Source: Ginglymostoma cirratum
Lineage: Eukaryota
Length of the DNA: 64,000 bases
Assembly: GCA_024137785.1 (NCBI GenBank)
Contig: JAHRHZ010000012.1
Span: forward strand, 27,760,138 to 27,824,137
Reading direction: 5' to 3'
This document shows positions 62,098-64,000 of this stretch, piece after piece (the stretch's first letter is position 1; every line of letters starts with the position of its first letter). The position numbers and the translations under genes are program-made. The notes under the pieces are model-generated. The model was not told the DNA's origin. It worked only from the letters and a program-made list of their open reading frames with translations, and did not search any database.

Positions 62098-62365
62098 GGT
62101 GGGGGTGCAGTAATAAATGTCACTGAACCAGTAATTCAGAAGCCCAGGCTAATGCTGTCATGGGGTAAAACCCCATCATGACATATGATGAAATTTAAAT
62201 TCAGTTAAGAAATCTGGAATTGAAACTAGTCTCGGTAACAATCGTCATCATGAAAACCCTCTGGAAAAATCTGCCATCCTTGCTAAAACACACATCAACA
62301 TGGTCGACTCTTAACTGCTTCTAACCAGACATTCAGTTAGGAATGGGTCATCTACATCTATATGA
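62098..62365 (+). mobile_element. Degenerate family-B SINE copy
   Basis: 'gtcactgaaccagtaattcaga..aaatctggaatt..aatctgccatcctt..gactcttaactgc..gttaggaatggg'. Confidence 0.7.
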
Positions 62366-62604
62366 AAGACTAAAGAAACTGAAACACAACCTGCATCCTC
62401 ATATCTCTTTATTGCACAGGGGAACTCATATATTTGAGAATACAAGCAAGATACAACAAAAGGCATAAATATGTTCAAGCGAGACAAATCTAGTATGAAT
62501 CATATTGCTGGTCTCGCTACAGCTAGGTACGCATCATTTATTTTCACAACAGAGAGTAAAGTAACACAATAGGAGAGTATATAGTAAAAAACAGACTGTA
62601 GCCA

Positions 62605-62708
62605 TGATGTGGAAGTGCCAGTGTTGGACTAGGGTGACTGCGCTCCGAAAGCTTGCGTGATTCCATATAAACCTGTGGGACTATAATCTGGTGTTGTCTG
62701 ACTTCTGA
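62605..62708 (+). mobile_element. Penelope-derived remnant (third type) with the 3' half of a hammerhead
   Basis: 'gcgctcc-GAAA-gctt..ataaacctgtgggactataatctggtgttgtctgacttct'. The CUGANGA box is deleted. Confidence 0.6.
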
Positions 62709-63849
62709 GTAAAAACACAGATTGGTAACAAAGCATGTTTCTTCCCCCTCCCCCAGTGCTTCAATATCTCACTTCAGAAAATGCGTACTTTCAAGCAGAT
62801 CAATATGTTGTTATCAGATGAGTTTTAATGTTAATTTTTATTCTTCTTCGCCCTAGCCAAAAAAAAGTGCAGAAGGCAACTGCAGCTCAGGTTAGTAAAC
62901 TCAACACACAGACAGCAAATTACCGACACGGTTGGGAAAAAAAAATGATCATGTGGCATGTTTCATCCTGAGAAAGCCCCAGAGATCTACGTATAACAAC
63001 AATTTTAGACTGCCTTGTATCAATTTTTTAATTTGTACACTGAGAAATTTCTTTCCTAAATTAAAACATAGCACGGAATCAACATAACAAGCCATGTTTT
63101 GCAATGGAATCAGCACTGTGGTTCAACAAATCATTATATGGGCCACCTATGAATCAACGCTCTTTCCAAAAGGCCTGATAAACTGTATCATGGTCACAGA
63201 TTTCCATCATAACTACAAATACAACAACCAAACTAGTTTTGCAACACGGTGAATCAACACCTCTAGAACATTAGTATTTCTTTGAGGAGTTAACTGATAA
63301 AACTTTGAAAATTAAATACGTAGCAATATGCATATTGCTGAAAAAAAAAAGACATTTTGTCAAAGCCTTTTTCAGTAATTCTCAAATTCTGTAATAGCAA
63401 ATGAAAACATGTGGAGCAGTAATTTTTATTGTTAATTTTCTTCCTGACTTATCCAAGAGGATGGTCTGGATTTCATGATACGAATAGTTGTGCGGTTGAT
63501 TTATTCCTTCGTGGTGAAATCAGACAGTGTCTGTCAATGTGCAGTTCAACATGGAAATCCAGAAGTTGCTGGCTGAATTTAACAAAATGCCACTGAGAGA
63601 CGAGGCATTGAAAAATATGTAAGGGTGTGAAGTTGTATTGCTCATCAACTAGGTATTCATTAAAAGATGCCAGGAAAAGTTAGGGTTCTCACTTTCAGGC
63701 CTAAATTAATTCTTAAATGGTGTGACAACTCTCAATTACAGCCAAACCACTTTTCTGGAACAGTGGAGTCCAATTCCTTCAAACTTTAGTTACTGGCAAA
63801 GACATTTTTCAAATTTTAAAAAATGAAGATGCTTCGTTCGTAGAGAGAG

Positions 63850-64000
63850 ATAAAAGGTACTGCAGATGCTGGAGAATCAGAGATAACAAGCGTGGGGCTT
63901 GATGGACACAGCAGGTCAAGCAGCATCATAGGAGCAGGAAAACTTGACGTTTCAAGTTTTCCTGAAACGTCAAGTTTTCCTACTCCTATGATGCTGCTTG
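63850..64000. mobile_element. Fold-back Penelope-derived insert (runs off the window end)
   Basis: 38-bp arms at 63917-63954 and 63963-64000 are reverse complements with one mismatch. The left part 'aaaggtactgcagatgctggagaatcagagataac..gacacagcaggtcaagcagcatc' matches the 10955-11030 family. Confidence 0.85.

Noticed and set aside
63550-63618. Short ATG-initiated frame MEIQKLLAEFNKMPLRDEALKN ending at GTAAGG
   Set aside because: No promoter or CpG-island context and no recognisable protein, so there is too little support.
1-64000. CRISPR array, prokaryotic operon or defence system, or endogenous non-retroviral virus
   Set aside because: There are no regularly spaced direct repeats and no gene-dense region. 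All recognisable coding remnants are vertebrate retroelements.
1-64000. Inferring host transcription direction from A/T-tract skew
   Set aside because: A-runs seem somewhat more common on the + strand, but T-runs are also frequent. This cannot be quantified reliably by eye.

Overview
This is non-coding eukaryotic DNA from a cartilaginous fish, very probably a shark. The evidence is HE1-type V-SINEs, abundant CR1/HER1-like LINE pieces and elasmobranch-type Penelope-derived short repeats. I found no intact host gene, rRNA, tRNA or CRISPR array. Almost every ORF in the track is a broken retroelement fragment, its antisense shadow, or a chance ORF. Much of the window is nested, decayed retroelements: several CR1 families, a second single-ORF CR1-group LINE ('family B', Zenon-like) with a tRNA-like head and its SINE-like deletion derivative, RTE, L2, Rex1/Babar-like, a fossil Gypsy pol, and many short Penelope-like (PLE) inserts. 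The most interesting signal is a set of minimal hammerhead-ribozyme motifs (CUGANGA...GAAAC GUH) in the PLE inserts. The copy at 11017-11052 (-) keeps the full core plus stems I and II. Repeat-poor islands (about 5.1-7.0, 16.8-19.2, 22.4-25.2, 37.4-41.8, 47.2-48.8, 58.1-59.2 and 62.7-63.8 kb) hold candidate regulatory motifs and one weak micro-exon candidate. Repeat boundaries were placed by eye (about +/-30 bp, worse for old copies), and family names come from motif recognition, not from a database search.
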